50,731 bases of DNA from a phage: the sequence record PZ445412.1; one strand, 5' to 3'. Positions 9,775-19,862 of this stretch are shown here, one piece after another (within the stretch, counting starts at the first letter, position 1; every line of letters starts with the position of its first letter). The notes under the pieces are model-generated. The model had not been told where the DNA came from. It saw nothing but the letters and a program-made list of their open reading frames with translations, and searched no databases. The position numbers were made by a program, and so were the translations under genes.

Positions 9775-10091
9775 AACGGGCGGTTTATCTGTATTATCAG
9801 AAACCGCCGACAGATGCAGAATTGCAAGCCGTAGGATTAACACGCGCAGACTATGAAGGAGAAGATCCGCCAGAGGTCATATTTGATGAAAGTATGATGC
9901 AATCATGGGATATATTTTGCGCGATGGGCACACAGTGGCGTAGTGCTGGCGCTGGTGCTTACGGTTTTGATTATAATGTTTTGCCTATGTTATTCAGAAT
10001 CTATAAAATAGACGATGAAGAAATGGCCTTAAATGACTTGCGCATCATGGAACAAAAAGCACTGGAAATGATGCAAGCAAATAACAAATAA
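9454..10091 (+). CDS. tail assembly chaperone GT-like, predicted -1 frameshift product
   Basis: The -1 frame is open from 9699 to 10091; slippery heptamer AAAAAAC at 9765-9771; stem-loop GGCGGTTT...AAACCGCC 7 nt downstream. Confidence 0.5.
9765..9808 (+). promoter_or_regulatory. programmed -1 ribosomal frameshift site (slippery A_AAA_AAC plus stimulatory stem-loop)
   Basis: Heptamer at 9765-9771 in the G frame just before its stop; stem 9779-9786 / 9801-9808. Confidence 0.5.
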
Positions 10092-10115
10092 AGCGCCTAC
10101 GGGCGCTTTTTTTAT
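10091..10115 (+). terminator. rho-independent terminator-like hairpin before tape measure gene
   Basis: AGCGCC-tacg-GGCGCT followed by TTTTTTTAT. Confidence 0.55.
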
Positions 10116-10128
10116 GAGGGTAAAATAT

Positions 10129-13038
10129 ATGGCTGAACAATTTGCAGGTTTAACACTTGGCGTTAACGTCGAGCAGTTAAACAGGGCTGTAAAGTCATTG
10201 CAGGACTTTAAAAAAGCAAACGACGAAGCAAAGAAAGGCGTTGAGAGCTTTGTTAATGAGGAAGAAATTGCAAAGCAAAGAGCAAAGCAATTAGCTGATG
10301 AATTGGCGAAACAGAGCCGTGAATTTAAACGCATTCAGGACACTGTTGATCCGACAGCGGCGAAAATGCGCAAGCTATCTCAGGCCGCAAGTGATCTTGA
10401 TAAGCTATGGCAAAAGGGCATTGTTCCCGATGAAACGTTTTTCCAGTTGGGGAGTATGCTGGAAACTCAGATCAGTAAGCTGGAGCGTAATAAAAAGGCG
10501 TTAACGGAAGAAGGCCGCGCAGCACTTGAGGAATCAAAAGCCAAAGAGAAAGCAGCGTTAGCCGGAAAAACTTTCCTTGCGGATCTGGAATCGCAAGCCG
10601 CCGCTCTTGGCAAAACAAAAGCCGAATTGCTGGAAATGAAAGCGGCGCAACTTGGCGTAAGTGCTCAGGCAGCGCCATTTATCGCACAGCTTAAAGCGCA
10701 AGAAAAACAGATGAAGTTAACCGGAATTAGCGCTGGGCAATACAAGCAAGCTATGGCGCAACTTCCGGCTCAGATCACTGACGTTGTAACGTCGCTGGCT
10801 TCCGGTATGCCTGTTTGGTTGGTTGCAATCCAGCAGGGTGGACAGATTAAAGATTCTTTCGGCGGCGTTGGTAATACGTTTAAAGCGCTGTTGTCGTTTC
10901 TGAATCCGGTAAACGTTGGCCTTGCCGCATTAGCCGTTTCAATGGGTGCTCTTGTTAAGGCTGGTTATGATGCGTATAAATCGCAACGTGACTTGCAAGA
11001 GGCGTTGGTGCTGACTGGTGGATATGCTGGCACAAGCGGCGCACAGTTCGATAAGCTGGCGCAGGACATTAATAACAGCACTGATGCGACGATAGGAAAC
11101 ATCCGATCTATCGCAACAGAGCTTGCAAAATCCGGCAAGTTCACGATTGATCAGATTAAAGCAATCACGAAGACTACCGCTCAGTGGTCAACTGTAACGG
11201 GTGAATCAAGCGACAAGATAACCGATTACTTTAATAAGATTGCTGGCGATCCGGTTAAAGGTCTTGCAGAGCTAAACGAGCAATTCAACTTTTTAAGCGA
11301 AGGGCAGTTAACTTATATTGCAGACCTGGAGAAAACGAAAGGCAAAACGGAAGCAGTAACGGCGGCGACAAAGTTATTTGCTGATGTTATGGATCAGAGA
11401 TTAGCTAAACTGGCAGACTCCGCAACGCCATTAGAAAAGATGTGGACGAACATTAAAAAATGGGCGTCAGATGCATGGGGTTGGGTTGGGGATCATACGC
11501 TGGCGGCGCTTAACCTGATTATTGACGTTGTAGCCGGAACCGTTGAGCAGGTTCGTTACTTGCTTAATCAGGGTGATATTCTCATTGGTGAGTTTATCGT
11601 GTCTGCAACAAAGGCTATGCAAAAAATACCTGGTCTTGATGGAGTTGGTGATTCAGTAATTGCACAGCAGCAACAGATCATTAATAAATCAAAAGAGCAA
11701 AACAAAGAGCTATTAAAATCAATTGCCGAACGTAACGAGCGAGTCAAAAAAGGCGAGCAGGGTTACATTGACATGATGAAAAATCGTGCGGCGGTTGAAC
11801 AGCAATATGCTACTAAAACAAAGGAGAATATCAGGAAGGAAGCCGAGGAATTAGCCAAGCGCGATAAAAAACAAAAGGCTGAAAAAGTTAAAGTATCGGC
11901 TGGCGATAAGCTGGAAGAACAATATCAGCGTGATATCCTGGCTTTAGAAACTCAATTAAGAGTTTTGAAAGAGCATAAGACGATCACTGATACCATAAGC
12001 CAGCAACGTAAATCTTTATGGGCTGAACAGGCTAAAATTCAGATTCTGCAAGAAGCCTCAACAAAGCGGCAACTTACTGATGAAGAAAAAAGCATTTTAG
12101 CCAACAAAGATAAGATCCTGGCGATGGCTGAACAAAAAGCCATTTTAGGCGATCAGATTGTTGCACAAACGCGCCTTAATCAGTTGCAAGATAGCTCAAT
12201 CAAGTTTATCCAGCAGCAGAAAGCAGCAACAGAAGCACTAGCCAAAACCAGAGGGTTAAGCGAGCGTGAAGCAGCAAGAGCGGCGGAACGTGCAAAGGTT
12301 GAATCTGATTATCTTGCTAAGGGAGGACAGAAAGAAGATCCGCAACTTAAAGCCATGATGGATGCCTTAGACAACCGCTATAAAGAGGAAGATGCTAAAC
12401 GTGCTGATTGGTTGGCTGGAGCTAAAAATGCCTTTGCGGAGTACGGCGAGGAAGCAATGAACATGTATGATAATATCGGCAACATTGCGAGCCAGGCGCT
12501 AAACGGCCTATCGCAACAAATGGCTGATTTTTTGACTACTGGACAAGCCAACTTCAAAGACTTTGCAAAATCAATCATTAGCCTGATTGTTCAGATGATC
12601 ACAAAAATGGTTATCTTCAATAGCATTTCCGGCATGATGGGCGGCTCAACCTGGACGCTTGGAAGCCTTTTAAGCGGTGCTGGTTTTGCTGGCGGCGGTT
12701 ATACTGGCGACGGTGGCAAATATGATCCGGCTGGAGTTGTTCATAAAGGTGAGTTTGTTTTTACCAAAGAGGCAACGCAAAGGATCGGAGCCAAAAACCT
12801 ATATCGCATGATGCGAGGTTATGCAAACGGCGGTCAAGTAGGAAGCGTGACAACTGGCGGCGCTGGCATCAATCGCGGTGCATCGCAATTTGCGTTTGGT
12901 GATATCAACGTTAACATTGACAACGGTCAAGATCCAAAAGGGATGGAAACTGGTATCAAGATGATTTTCACTGAAATGATTCAACGGTCATGCTCGCAAG
13001 GTGGCGAGGTTTATAATTTTGTTCATGGGAGGGCTTAA
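10129..13038 (+). CDS. tail tape measure protein
   Basis: About 970 aa, long coiled-coil regions, Gly-rich C-terminus; start MAEQF at 10129. Confidence 0.85.
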   Translation: MAEQFAGLTLGVNVEQLNRAVKSLQDFKKANDEAKKGVESFVNEEEIAKQRAKQLADELAKQSREFKRIQDTVDPTAAKMRKLSQAASDLDKLWQKGIVPDETFFQLGSMLETQISKLERNKKALTEEGRAALEESKAKEKAALAGKTFLADLESQAAALGKTKAELLEMKAAQLGVSAQAAPFIAQLKAQEKQMKLTGISAGQYKQAMAQLPAQITDVVTSLASGMPVWLVAIQQGGQIKDSFGGVGNTFKALLSFLNPVNVGLAALAVSMGALVKAGYDAYKSQRDLQEALVLTGGYAGTSGAQFDKLAQDINNSTDATIGNIRSIATELAKSGKFTIDQIKAITKTTAQWSTVTGESSDKITDYFNKIAGDPVKGLAELNEQFNFLSEGQLTYIADLEKTKGKTEAVTAATKLFADVMDQRLAKLADSATPLEKMWTNIKKWASDAWGWVGDHTLAALNLIIDVVAGTVEQVRYLLNQGDILIGEFIVSATKAMQKIPGLDGVGDSVIAQQQQIINKSKEQNKELLKSIAERNERVKKGEQGYIDMMKNRAAVEQQYATKTKENIRKEAEELAKRDKKQKAEKVKVSAGDKLEEQYQRDILALETQLRVLKEHKTITDTISQQRKSLWAEQAKIQILQEASTKRQLTDEEKSILANKDKILAMAEQKAILGDQIVAQTRLNQLQDSSIKFIQQQKAATEALAKTRGLSEREAARAAERAKVESDYLAKGGQKEDPQLKAMMDALDNRYKEEDAKRADWLAGAKNAFAEYGEEAMNMYDNIGNIASQALNGLSQQMADFLTTGQANFKDFAKSIISLIVQMITKMVIFNSISGMMGGSTWTLGSLLSGAGFAGGGYTGDGGKYDPAGVVHKGEFVFTKEATQRIGAKNLYRMMRGYANGGQVGSVTTGGAGINRGASQFAFGDINVNIDNGQDPKGMETGIKMIFTEMIQRSCSQGGEVYNFVHGRA

Positions 13039-13385
13039 TGTTAGATGAATTTACCTGGTGTACGCAGATTCAGAGCGGCGGCGGTGTAATGACAACTATC
13101 AATAACGACAGGGAGGTTGTTTTTGGTAACGGTTATCGCCAAAAGGCATCTTCTGGATTTAACACGGAGCGGAGGGAGTTTTCTATTGTTTACGCTGGCA
13201 CTGATTATAAAAAAGTGAAAGCGTTCATGACGGATCACAGATTAAAGCCTTTCTTGTGGAGGATGCCGGATGGTGATTTAGGATTGTTCACGGTTAAAGC
13301 CGGAACGGTAGGACTAACGCCAATAAGCCCAACCGCTCAGGAAGTCAAAGCAACATTCACGGAAGAATTTACATCCATGCGATAA
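13038..13385 (+). CDS. minor tail protein (lambda M-like)
   Basis: 115-aa ORF overlapping tape-measure stop; position. Confidence 0.55.
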   Translation: MLDEFTWCTQIQSGGGVMTTINNDREVVFGNGYRQKASSGFNTERREFSIVYAGTDYKKVKAFMTDHRLKPFLWRMPDGDLGLFTVKAGTVGLTPISPTAQEVKATFTEEFTSMR

Positions 13386-13389
13386 ATCA

Positions 13390-13413
13390 AAGCCGCCATT
13401 GTGCGGCTTTTTT
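13390..13413 (+). terminator. rho-independent terminator
   Basis: GCCGC-cattgt-GCGGC followed by TTTTTTAT. Confidence 0.6.
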
Positions 13414-13457
13414 ATTGTGTCTATAATGGTGCTTTATTGTGTCTATAATGGTGCTTT
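13414..13457 (+). repeat. perfect 22-bp tandem duplication containing TATAAT (tandem promoter candidate)
   Basis: ATTGTGTCTATAATGGTGCTTT repeated twice, directly upstream of RBS GGAGGG of the L-like gene. Confidence 0.7.
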
Positions 13458-13474
13458 ATTGGAGGGCATAGAAT

Positions 13475-14233
13475 ATGGCTGAAAAACAGATCAAAAAGAC
13501 TTTTGAAAATTGTCTGCAATCGCTTTTCCCTGGTGAAATAATTACGCTTGTTGAGGTTGACGGCACAAAATTTGGTGCGCAGGTTTACCGCTTTCATGCT
13601 GAAAATATCGCGTACACTCCAGAGGAATTAATGCAAGCGCGTGAAACTGGAATATTGCCGCCGAAAGATATTAAATTTCGTGGCGAGGTTTACGGGGCGC
13701 GGCCTTTTGGGATTACTGGCATTGGCTTTACAAGTAACGGAAAGGCAGAGAAACCACAATTAGCGCTTTCAAATTTAGATAGCCGCGTATCTGCATTAAT
13801 CAGATCATATAATGGCATGATGCAAGCCAAAGTAACAATTTGGGTTACATCGGCTGATTTAATTGATGAAGAAGGAAACGTGGAGGATGGCGCATATAGA
13901 AAGTTGGTTTATTATATTGAGCGTCCGAATTTTGTTAATCAGACAGTTGCACGTTTTGAATTAACATCACCTTATGATATGGATGGAATTATGATCCCGC
14001 CACGACTCACGCAAAGCGTTTGTTATTGGGCGCAAAGGGGATGGTATAGAAGCGGGAAAGGTTGTGGATATAACGGATCGGCAATGTTCGATAAAGACAA
14101 TAATCCGGTAACAGATCCGAGCAAGGATTATTGCGCCGGAACAGTGACAGCCTGTAAATTGCGCTTTGGCGCTCAAAATGAATTAGATTTCGGCGGTTGC
14201 GCGGTTGCATCACTATTGAGGAAAAACCAATGA
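13475..14233 (+). CDS. minor tail protein (lambda L-like)
   Basis: 252-aa ORF; Cys cluster near C-terminus; position. Confidence 0.6.
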   Translation: MAEKQIKKTFENCLQSLFPGEIITLVEVDGTKFGAQVYRFHAENIAYTPEELMQARETGILPPKDIKFRGEVYGARPFGITGIGFTSNGKAEKPQLALSNLDSRVSALIRSYNGMMQAKVTIWVTSADLIDEEGNVEDGAYRKLVYYIERPNFVNQTVARFELTSPYDMDGIMIPPRLTQSVCYWAQRGWYRSGKGCGYNGSAMFDKDNNPVTDPSKDYCAGTVTACKLRFGAQNELDFGGCAVASLLRKNQ

Positions 14234-14952
14234 TTAACGCAAAAATTAAACTTGAAATTATGCGCCATGCCAATGACATTTATCCTAATGAATGTTGCGG
14301 CCTGGTAACTCAAAAATCACGCGTACAGAAATATCACCGGATCGACAACGTAAGCAAGGAGCCGGAAAAGCATTTTGAAATGGACGCTGAACAATATGCA
14401 GAAGTTGAGGACGGCGGCGCTGATATCATAGCGATAGTTCACAGCCACACAGGGGAAGGGGCAACCACAATCCCTAGCGCACACGATTTGTGCATGTGTG
14501 ATGAAACTGGTGTTTCTTGGGTTATCGTTTCGATACCAGAGGGAGACATGAGAATTATAGAACCGCAATCACGACCTTTGATTGGTCGCCCATGGTCGCT
14601 TGGCGCTTATGATTGTTGGGGGCTTATTATGGCCTGGCATAAAGAGCAAGGCGTGATACTGAATGATTTCCGCAAGCCGTATGAATGGTGGAAGCCGGAA
14701 TATGGTGAAAACCTTTATCAAGATAATTACTTGAAAGAAGGTTTTATAGAAACAGGCGAACCGCCAAAGCCAGGTGATATGATCATAATGCAGTTGCAAG
14801 CGCCAGTATGGAACCATGCCGGAATTTATTTAGGCAACAATCAACTATTGCATCATGCATTCGGCAAGTTGTCGCGAGTTGATTTATATTCTGGATGGTA
14901 TCATGAACACACAACAATGATTTGCAGACATAAGGATCTGAAAAATGAATAA
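14230..14952 (+). CDS. tail assembly protein (lambda K-like, MPN/JAB + NlpC/P60)
   Basis: HSHTGEG JAB-like motif and Cys/His NlpC/P60-like C-terminal half; start MINAKIK at 14230. Confidence 0.65.
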   Translation: MINAKIKLEIMRHANDIYPNECCGLVTQKSRVQKYHRIDNVSKEPEKHFEMDAEQYAEVEDGGADIIAIVHSHTGEGATTIPSAHDLCMCDETGVSWVIVSIPEGDMRIIEPQSRPLIGRPWSLGAYDCWGLIMAWHKEQGVILNDFRKPYEWWKPEYGENLYQDNYLKEGFIETGEPPKPGDMIIMQLQAPVWNHAGIYLGNNQLLHHAFGKLSRVDLYSGWYHEHTTMICRHKDLKNE

Positions 14953-15544
14953 GGTTATCAACGTAAAATTATCAGGCTCATTAGGTCGCCGCTTTGGTGT
15001 TTTCCATAAATATGCTGTTGATAGTTGGCCTGAATGCGTAAGGGCATTATCAAGCCAGGTTGAAGGATTCAAAGAATTTATGCAAAGTGAAATCGGATCA
15101 AAGATGAAATTTGCAATTTTCGTTGATGGTAAAAATGTTGGCCTGAATAATGATAGCGCATGGCGTTGCGCTCGCGAGGTTCGAATTGTTCCGGTTCCAA
15201 CAGGTTCAAAAAGCGGCGGTTTATTTCAGGTTGTTTTGGGTGCTGTTATTATGGTCGCTGCGTTTTTCACTGGTGGTGCATCGCTGGCGGCTATGGGTGC
15301 TTTTTCATCGGCTGCATTTATGATGGGTGGCGCAATGGCTCTTGGCGGAGTAATGCAGATGATTAGCCCACAACAAGGAGGAATGAGAATGGAGAGCCAA
15401 AGCGCAGCAAATAAACCATCATATGCGTTTGGTGGTGCTGTTAATACTACGGCGGCAGGTTATCCGGTATGTTTACCATATGGTTATAGAACGGTTGGCG
15501 GCGCTGTATTCAGTGCTGGCTCATACGCAGAAGATAAACTTTAA
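14945..15544 (+). CDS. tail assembly protein (lambda I-like)
   Basis: 199-aa ORF with Gly/Ala-rich hydrophobic C-terminal region; position before J. Confidence 0.6.
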   Translation: MNKVINVKLSGSLGRRFGVFHKYAVDSWPECVRALSSQVEGFKEFMQSEIGSKMKFAIFVDGKNVGLNNDSAWRCAREVRIVPVPTGSKSGGLFQVVLGAVIMVAAFFTGGASLAAMGAFSSAAFMMGGAMALGGVMQMISPQQGGMRMESQSAANKPSYAFGGAVNTTAAGYPVCLPYGYRTVGGAVFSAGSYAEDKL

Positions 15545-15550
15545 TTATAT

Positions 15551-15578
15551 AAACCCGCCGTTGCGCGGGTTTTTTGTT
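15551..15578 (+). terminator. rho-independent terminator
   Basis: CCCGCC-gttg-CGCGGG followed by TTTTTTGTT. Confidence 0.6.
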
Positions 15579-15601
15579 ACATGTACAATGGCAGCACGTT
15601 T

Positions 15602-15623
15602 AAATAGCACAAAAGGTTAAAAG
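15602..15623 (+). promoter_or_regulatory. box variant directly upstream of J start
   Basis: AAATAGCACAAAAGGTTAAAAG, 3 nt before ATG, no hairpin. Confidence 0.35.
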
Positions 15624-15625
15624 CT

Positions 15626-18600
15626 ATGATCAAAAATATGATAACTGGCAGTAAGGGCGGTTCTTCAAAGCCTCATACACCTGTTGAAATGGAAGATAAC
15701 CTAATTTCAATTAACAGGATCAGAATTCTTTTAGCTGTTTCTGATGGTGAAGTTGATCCAGACTTTTCATTGAAAGATTTATATTTTGATGACGTTCCGG
15801 TTATGAATCAGGATGGTTCGCTAAACTTTCAGAATGTTAAGGCGGAATTCAGACCAGGGACGCAAACGCAGGATTATATTCAGGGGTTTACTGATACAGC
15901 CAGCGAAATTACAGTTGCTCGCGATCTGACAGCCGCAACTCCTTATATTATTTCTGTTACCAATAAAAACCTTTCTGCGATCCGTATTAAAATTTTAATG
16001 CCTCGCGGGGTTACTCAGGAAGATAACGGAGATCTAACAGGTGTTCGCGTTGAATATGCTGTTGATATGGCTGTTGATGGCGCTGAATATAAAGAGGTTT
16101 TGCATGATGTAATTGAAGGTAAAACAATGAGCGGTTACGACAGAAGCCGCCGAATTGATTTACCTGCTTTCAATGAGCGTGTTTTATTGCGCGTCCGTCG
16201 CCTTACAGATAGCACGTCAGCAAGGGTAACGGATCTGATTAAAATGCAAAGCTATGCGGAAGTTGTAGACGCTAAATTTCGTTACCCACTGACTGGTTTA
16301 GTATATGTTGAGTTTGACAGCGAATTATTCCCTAATGCGTTGCCGAATATCAGCATTAAGAAAAAATGGAAAATCATTAATGTTCCGTCAAATTATGATC
16401 CTATTTCCCGCACTTACTCAGGGTCATGGGATGGAACCTGGAAAAAGGCATGGAGTAATAACCCTGCTTTTGTTCTTTATGATTTGATTACCAATCAGCG
16501 TTACGGACTCGATCAAAGAGAGTTAGGCATCGCGCTTGATAAATGGAGCATTTACGAATGTGCGCAGTATTGCGATCAGATGGTTCCAGACGGTAAAGGC
16601 GGAACAGAGCCGCGCTATCTTTGCGACGTTGTGATCCAGAGCCAGGTAGAGGCGTATCAGCTTGTGCGTGATATTTGTTCAATATTCCGTGGCATGAGCT
16701 TTTGGAATGGTGAAAGCCTTTCAATCGTGATCGATAAGCCTCGCGATGCGTCATACATCTTTACTAATGACAACGTGGTTAACGGTGAATTCACTTACAC
16801 GTTTGCCAGCGAAAAAAGCATGTACACGCAATGCAACGTGACTTTCGACGACGAACAAAACATGTATCAACAGGATGTTGAGGGAGTTTTCGAAACTGAG
16901 GCGGCGTTACGCTTTGGCTATAACAGCACGTCAATTACTGCGATTGGATGCACACGACGCAGCGAAGCCAACCGCCGTGGACGCTGGATTTTAAAAACCA
17001 ACGTCAAGAGCACAACGGTAAACTTTGCTACAGGTCTGGAAGGTATGATCCCAACAGTAGGCGATGTGATTGTTGTATCGGATAACTTCTGGTCAAGCGC
17101 TCTAACGCTGAATCTATCAGGTCGAGTGATGGAGGTTAGCGGGTTGCAGGTGTTCACGCCGTTTAAGGTAGACGCAAGAGCAGGTGATCGCATTCTGGTA
17201 AATAAGCCGGATGGTAAGCCAGTTGGTCGAACCATTGCGCGTGTGAGTGATGACGGTAAAACGCTAACGCTAAACACGACATTTGGTTTTGACGTTCAGC
17301 CGGATACCATTTTTGCAATTGAGCGAACCGATATTGCACAGCAACGATATGTTGTAACCGGAATCACTAAGGGTGACGGTGATGAAGAATTTACCTACAA
17401 CATAACGGCTGTTGAATACGATCCGAACAAATACGATGAAATTGATTATGGCGTAAACATTGATGACCGTCCGACTTCAATCGTGCAGCCTGACATTTTG
17501 CCAGCACCGCAAAACGTCAAGATCGAATCTTATTCGCGAGTTGTCCAGGGCGCGAGCGTGGAAACAATGCATGTTTCATGGGATAAGGTTGAATATGCAA
17601 GCCTTTATGAAATGCAGTGGAGAAAAGACAATGGCAACTGGAACAACACGCCGCGCACAGCCAACAAGGAAACGGAAGTTGAAGGAATTTATGAGGGTAA
17701 CTATCACGTAAGGGTTAGATCTGTTGCAGCGAATGGTTCAGCGTCTGGATGGTCAGCAATTGTAAGCGCCGGATTAACTGGCAAGGTTGGCGAACCGGAA
17801 AGGCCAATTAACCTTACTGCGTCTGACAATGAAGTTTTCGGAATTCGCGTAAAATGGGGTATGCCAGAAGGAAGCGGAGACACGGCATATATTGAGTTGC
17901 ATCAAGCGCCAAACGGTTCTGATGGTCATCCTATTGTTGATGAAGCAACGCTCTTAACGCTGATACCGTTCCCGCAATATGAGTATTGGCATTCAATACT
18001 GCCAGCGGGTCATGTTGTCTGGTACAAGGCAAGGGCAGTTGACAAAATCGGTAACGTTTCTGATTGGACTGATTTTGTGCGCGGCATGGCTTCCGACGAT
18101 ACGAGCATTATCACGGATCATATTAAGGTCGATATTGAAAATTCTGATGGCTATAAGTGGTTGCAGGAAAACGCAATAAAGGCCAATGATAAGATCCACA
18201 GCACAGCGGAATCAGTGATTGAAAACGCATTAGCGAATGATAAAGATGTTCGACGTATGCGAGTTGAAAACGGAAAGCGTAAAGCGGAGTTCTTGCAATC
18301 GCTGAAACTCATTGCAGACGAAACAGAAGCAAGGGTAACGCAGGTCACTCAAATGAGTGTGCAATTTGACGAGAAATTAACGGCTCAAAATAGCGAATTG
18401 AGAGAGGTTATTGCTAACAGCACTGAAACCATTAGCCAAAGGATTGATCAGCTTACAGCTACGTTTGAGAGCGAAATTGATGGTGTTAAGCAGGATATCA
18501 AAGCACAGATAACTGATGTTAACCAGGCAATCACCAATGAATCGGAAGCGCGAGCATCAGCGGATAGGGCGTTATCAACTCAAATTGGTGATACCCAATC

Positions 18601-19402
18601 AGCGGTTAACCAGAAACTTGATTCATGGGTTAACGGTACAAGCGTTGGTGCGATGTACGGAGTTAAGTTGGGGATCAGGTATAACGGGCAGGAATATAGC
18701 GCAGGTATGGCTCTTTCTCTTGTCGCTGATGGTGGCGGAGTTAAATCACAATTCCTGTTTGATGCCGGAAGATTTGCGATCATCAACAATGCTCAAAGCG
18801 GAGCCTTTACATTGCCGTTTGTAGTTGAGAATAACCAGGTGTTTATCAATAGCTTGCTTGTGAAAAACGGCTCTATTGGTAACGCTCAGATAGCTAACTT
18901 CATTAACTCTAACAACTGGCAAAGCGGTGTTGCAGGTTGGGCGATTAACAAGGATGGTTATGCCGAATTCAACCAAGTAACTGTAAGGGGTGGCGTTTAT
19001 GCTTCATACGGATCATTCACTGGCAGCGTTTACGCGCAAGACGGATGGTTTAGGGGTACTGTTTACGCTGAAAAAATTGAGGGTGACGTTGCAAAGGCTG
19101 TTGTTCTTCCGTTTAACGGATCGGTTCACATTCCGGCGGTTAACTATAACAGACACCTTGTGATCCCTTATGTTGGTATTCACGGGTACACATATTCAGG
19201 TGGTACATGGGGCGGCGGTACTGTTTGGGTTGATTCAACATATGGTGGTCGCCTTGCTAACGTTCGGGCAACTGCAATGCATGGCGGATCAAGTGGTTAT
19301 GTTCTGTTGCCAGCAGGTAACGCAACCACGCTTTCATATGGTGGAGATCTAAACCACGCAAACGCAGTACCGATCTTAACAGTTCTGTTATTCAAAGCAT
19401 AA
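15626..19402 (+). CDS. central tail fibre / host specificity protein (lambda J-like)
   Basis: 1258-aa ORF, largest gene, downstream of K/I-like genes; strong terminator downstream. Confidence 0.85.
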   Translation: MIKNMITGSKGGSSKPHTPVEMEDNLISINRIRILLAVSDGEVDPDFSLKDLYFDDVPVMNQDGSLNFQNVKAEFRPGTQTQDYIQGFTDTASEITVARDLTAATPYIISVTNKNLSAIRIKILMPRGVTQEDNGDLTGVRVEYAVDMAVDGAEYKEVLHDVIEGKTMSGYDRSRRIDLPAFNERVLLRVRRLTDSTSARVTDLIKMQSYAEVVDAKFRYPLTGLVYVEFDSELFPNALPNISIKKKWKIINVPSNYDPISRTYSGSWDGTWKKAWSNNPAFVLYDLITNQRYGLDQRELGIALDKWSIYECAQYCDQMVPDGKGGTEPRYLCDVVIQSQVEAYQLVRDICSIFRGMSFWNGESLSIVIDKPRDASYIFTNDNVVNGEFTYTFASEKSMYTQCNVTFDDEQNMYQQDVEGVFETEAALRFGYNSTSITAIGCTRRSEANRRGRWILKTNVKSTTVNFATGLEGMIPTVGDVIVVSDNFWSSALTLNLSGRVMEVSGLQVFTPFKVDARAGDRILVNKPDGKPVGRTIARVSDDGKTLTLNTTFGFDVQPDTIFAIERTDIAQQRYVVTGITKGDGDEEFTYNITAVEYDPNKYDEIDYGVNIDDRPTSIVQPDILPAPQNVKIESYSRVVQGASVETMHVSWDKVEYASLYEMQWRKDNGNWNNTPRTANKETEVEGIYEGNYHVRVRSVAANGSASGWSAIVSAGLTGKVGEPERPINLTASDNEVFGIRVKWGMPEGSGDTAYIELHQAPNGSDGHPIVDEATLLTLIPFPQYEYWHSILPAGHVVWYKARAVDKIGNVSDWTDFVRGMASDDTSIITDHIKVDIENSDGYKWLQENAIKANDKIHSTAESVIENALANDKDVRRMRVENGKRKAEFLQSLKLIADETEARVTQVTQMSVQFDEKLTAQNSELREVIANSTETISQRIDQLTATFESEIDGVKQDIKAQITDVNQAITNESEARASADRALSTQIGDTQSAVNQKLDSWVNGTSVGAMYGVKLGIRYNGQEYSAGMALSLVADGGGVKSQFLFDAGRFAIINNAQSGAFTLPFVVENNQVFINSLLVKNGSIGNAQIANFINSNNWQSGVAGWAINKDGYAEFNQVTVRGGVYASYGSFTGSVYAQDGWFRGTVYAEKIEGDVAKAVVLPFNGSVHIPAVNYNRHLVIPYVGIHGYTYSGGTWGGGTVWVDSTYGGRLANVRATAMHGGSSGYVLLPAGNATTLSYGGDLNHANAVPILTVLLFKA

Positions 19403-19415
19403 AAGGAGTTAAATC

Positions 19416-19450
19416 AATGCCCTGGCTTAACGGTCGGGGCATTTTGTTTT
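19416..19450 (+). terminator. rho-independent terminator after J
   Basis: ATGCCC...GGGGCAT followed by TTTTGTTTTC. Confidence 0.6.
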
Positions 19451-19862
19451 CTTTTGTTCCACGATGTTCACAACCGAATCCGGCGTAAAATTGAAAACGT
19501 CTTGATAACAAAAAGAACAAATTAAATATCTATATAATACATACACTTAGAGTTTAATTATTATTATATATATCTATTTGTATTCTTCTTGTTTCCATTG
19601 TTCTCTATGGTTTGTGGTGGTTGTGTGTTTTGTATTGGTTGATGGTTATATATCACATGGTATGTATTTATATATGGTATGCGGCGTAAATGCGTAAACA
19701 ATGGAACGCAAAAACAACAATTAGTAAAATCATAAACTTACGATGTGATTTTGTTGTCAATGCTAGTTGTAAACGTATGCAAAACAAAAAGAACACTTAA
19801 AGGGTATTGACTACATGCAACAAAGACATATAATGCAGACATACCAACGAGAGGATGACCAA

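Noticed and set aside
9822-10091. Independent 89-aa ORF after the chaperone gene
   Set aside because: Needs a TTG start with no RBS; better explained as the -1 frame portion of a G/GT fusion initiated at 9454.
16918-17277. 119-aa minus-strand ORF inside the J-like fibre gene
   Set aside because: Embedded antisense in the largest and best-supported ORF; no independent signals.
19403-19862. Possible CRISPR array or tRNA genes in the AT-rich repeat-containing regions (also 41610-42304)
   Set aside because: Repeats are short, irregular and AT-rich with no repeat-spacer periodicity; no cloverleaf-compatible tRNA-like GC-rich arms were recognisable by eye (no tool-based scan was possible).
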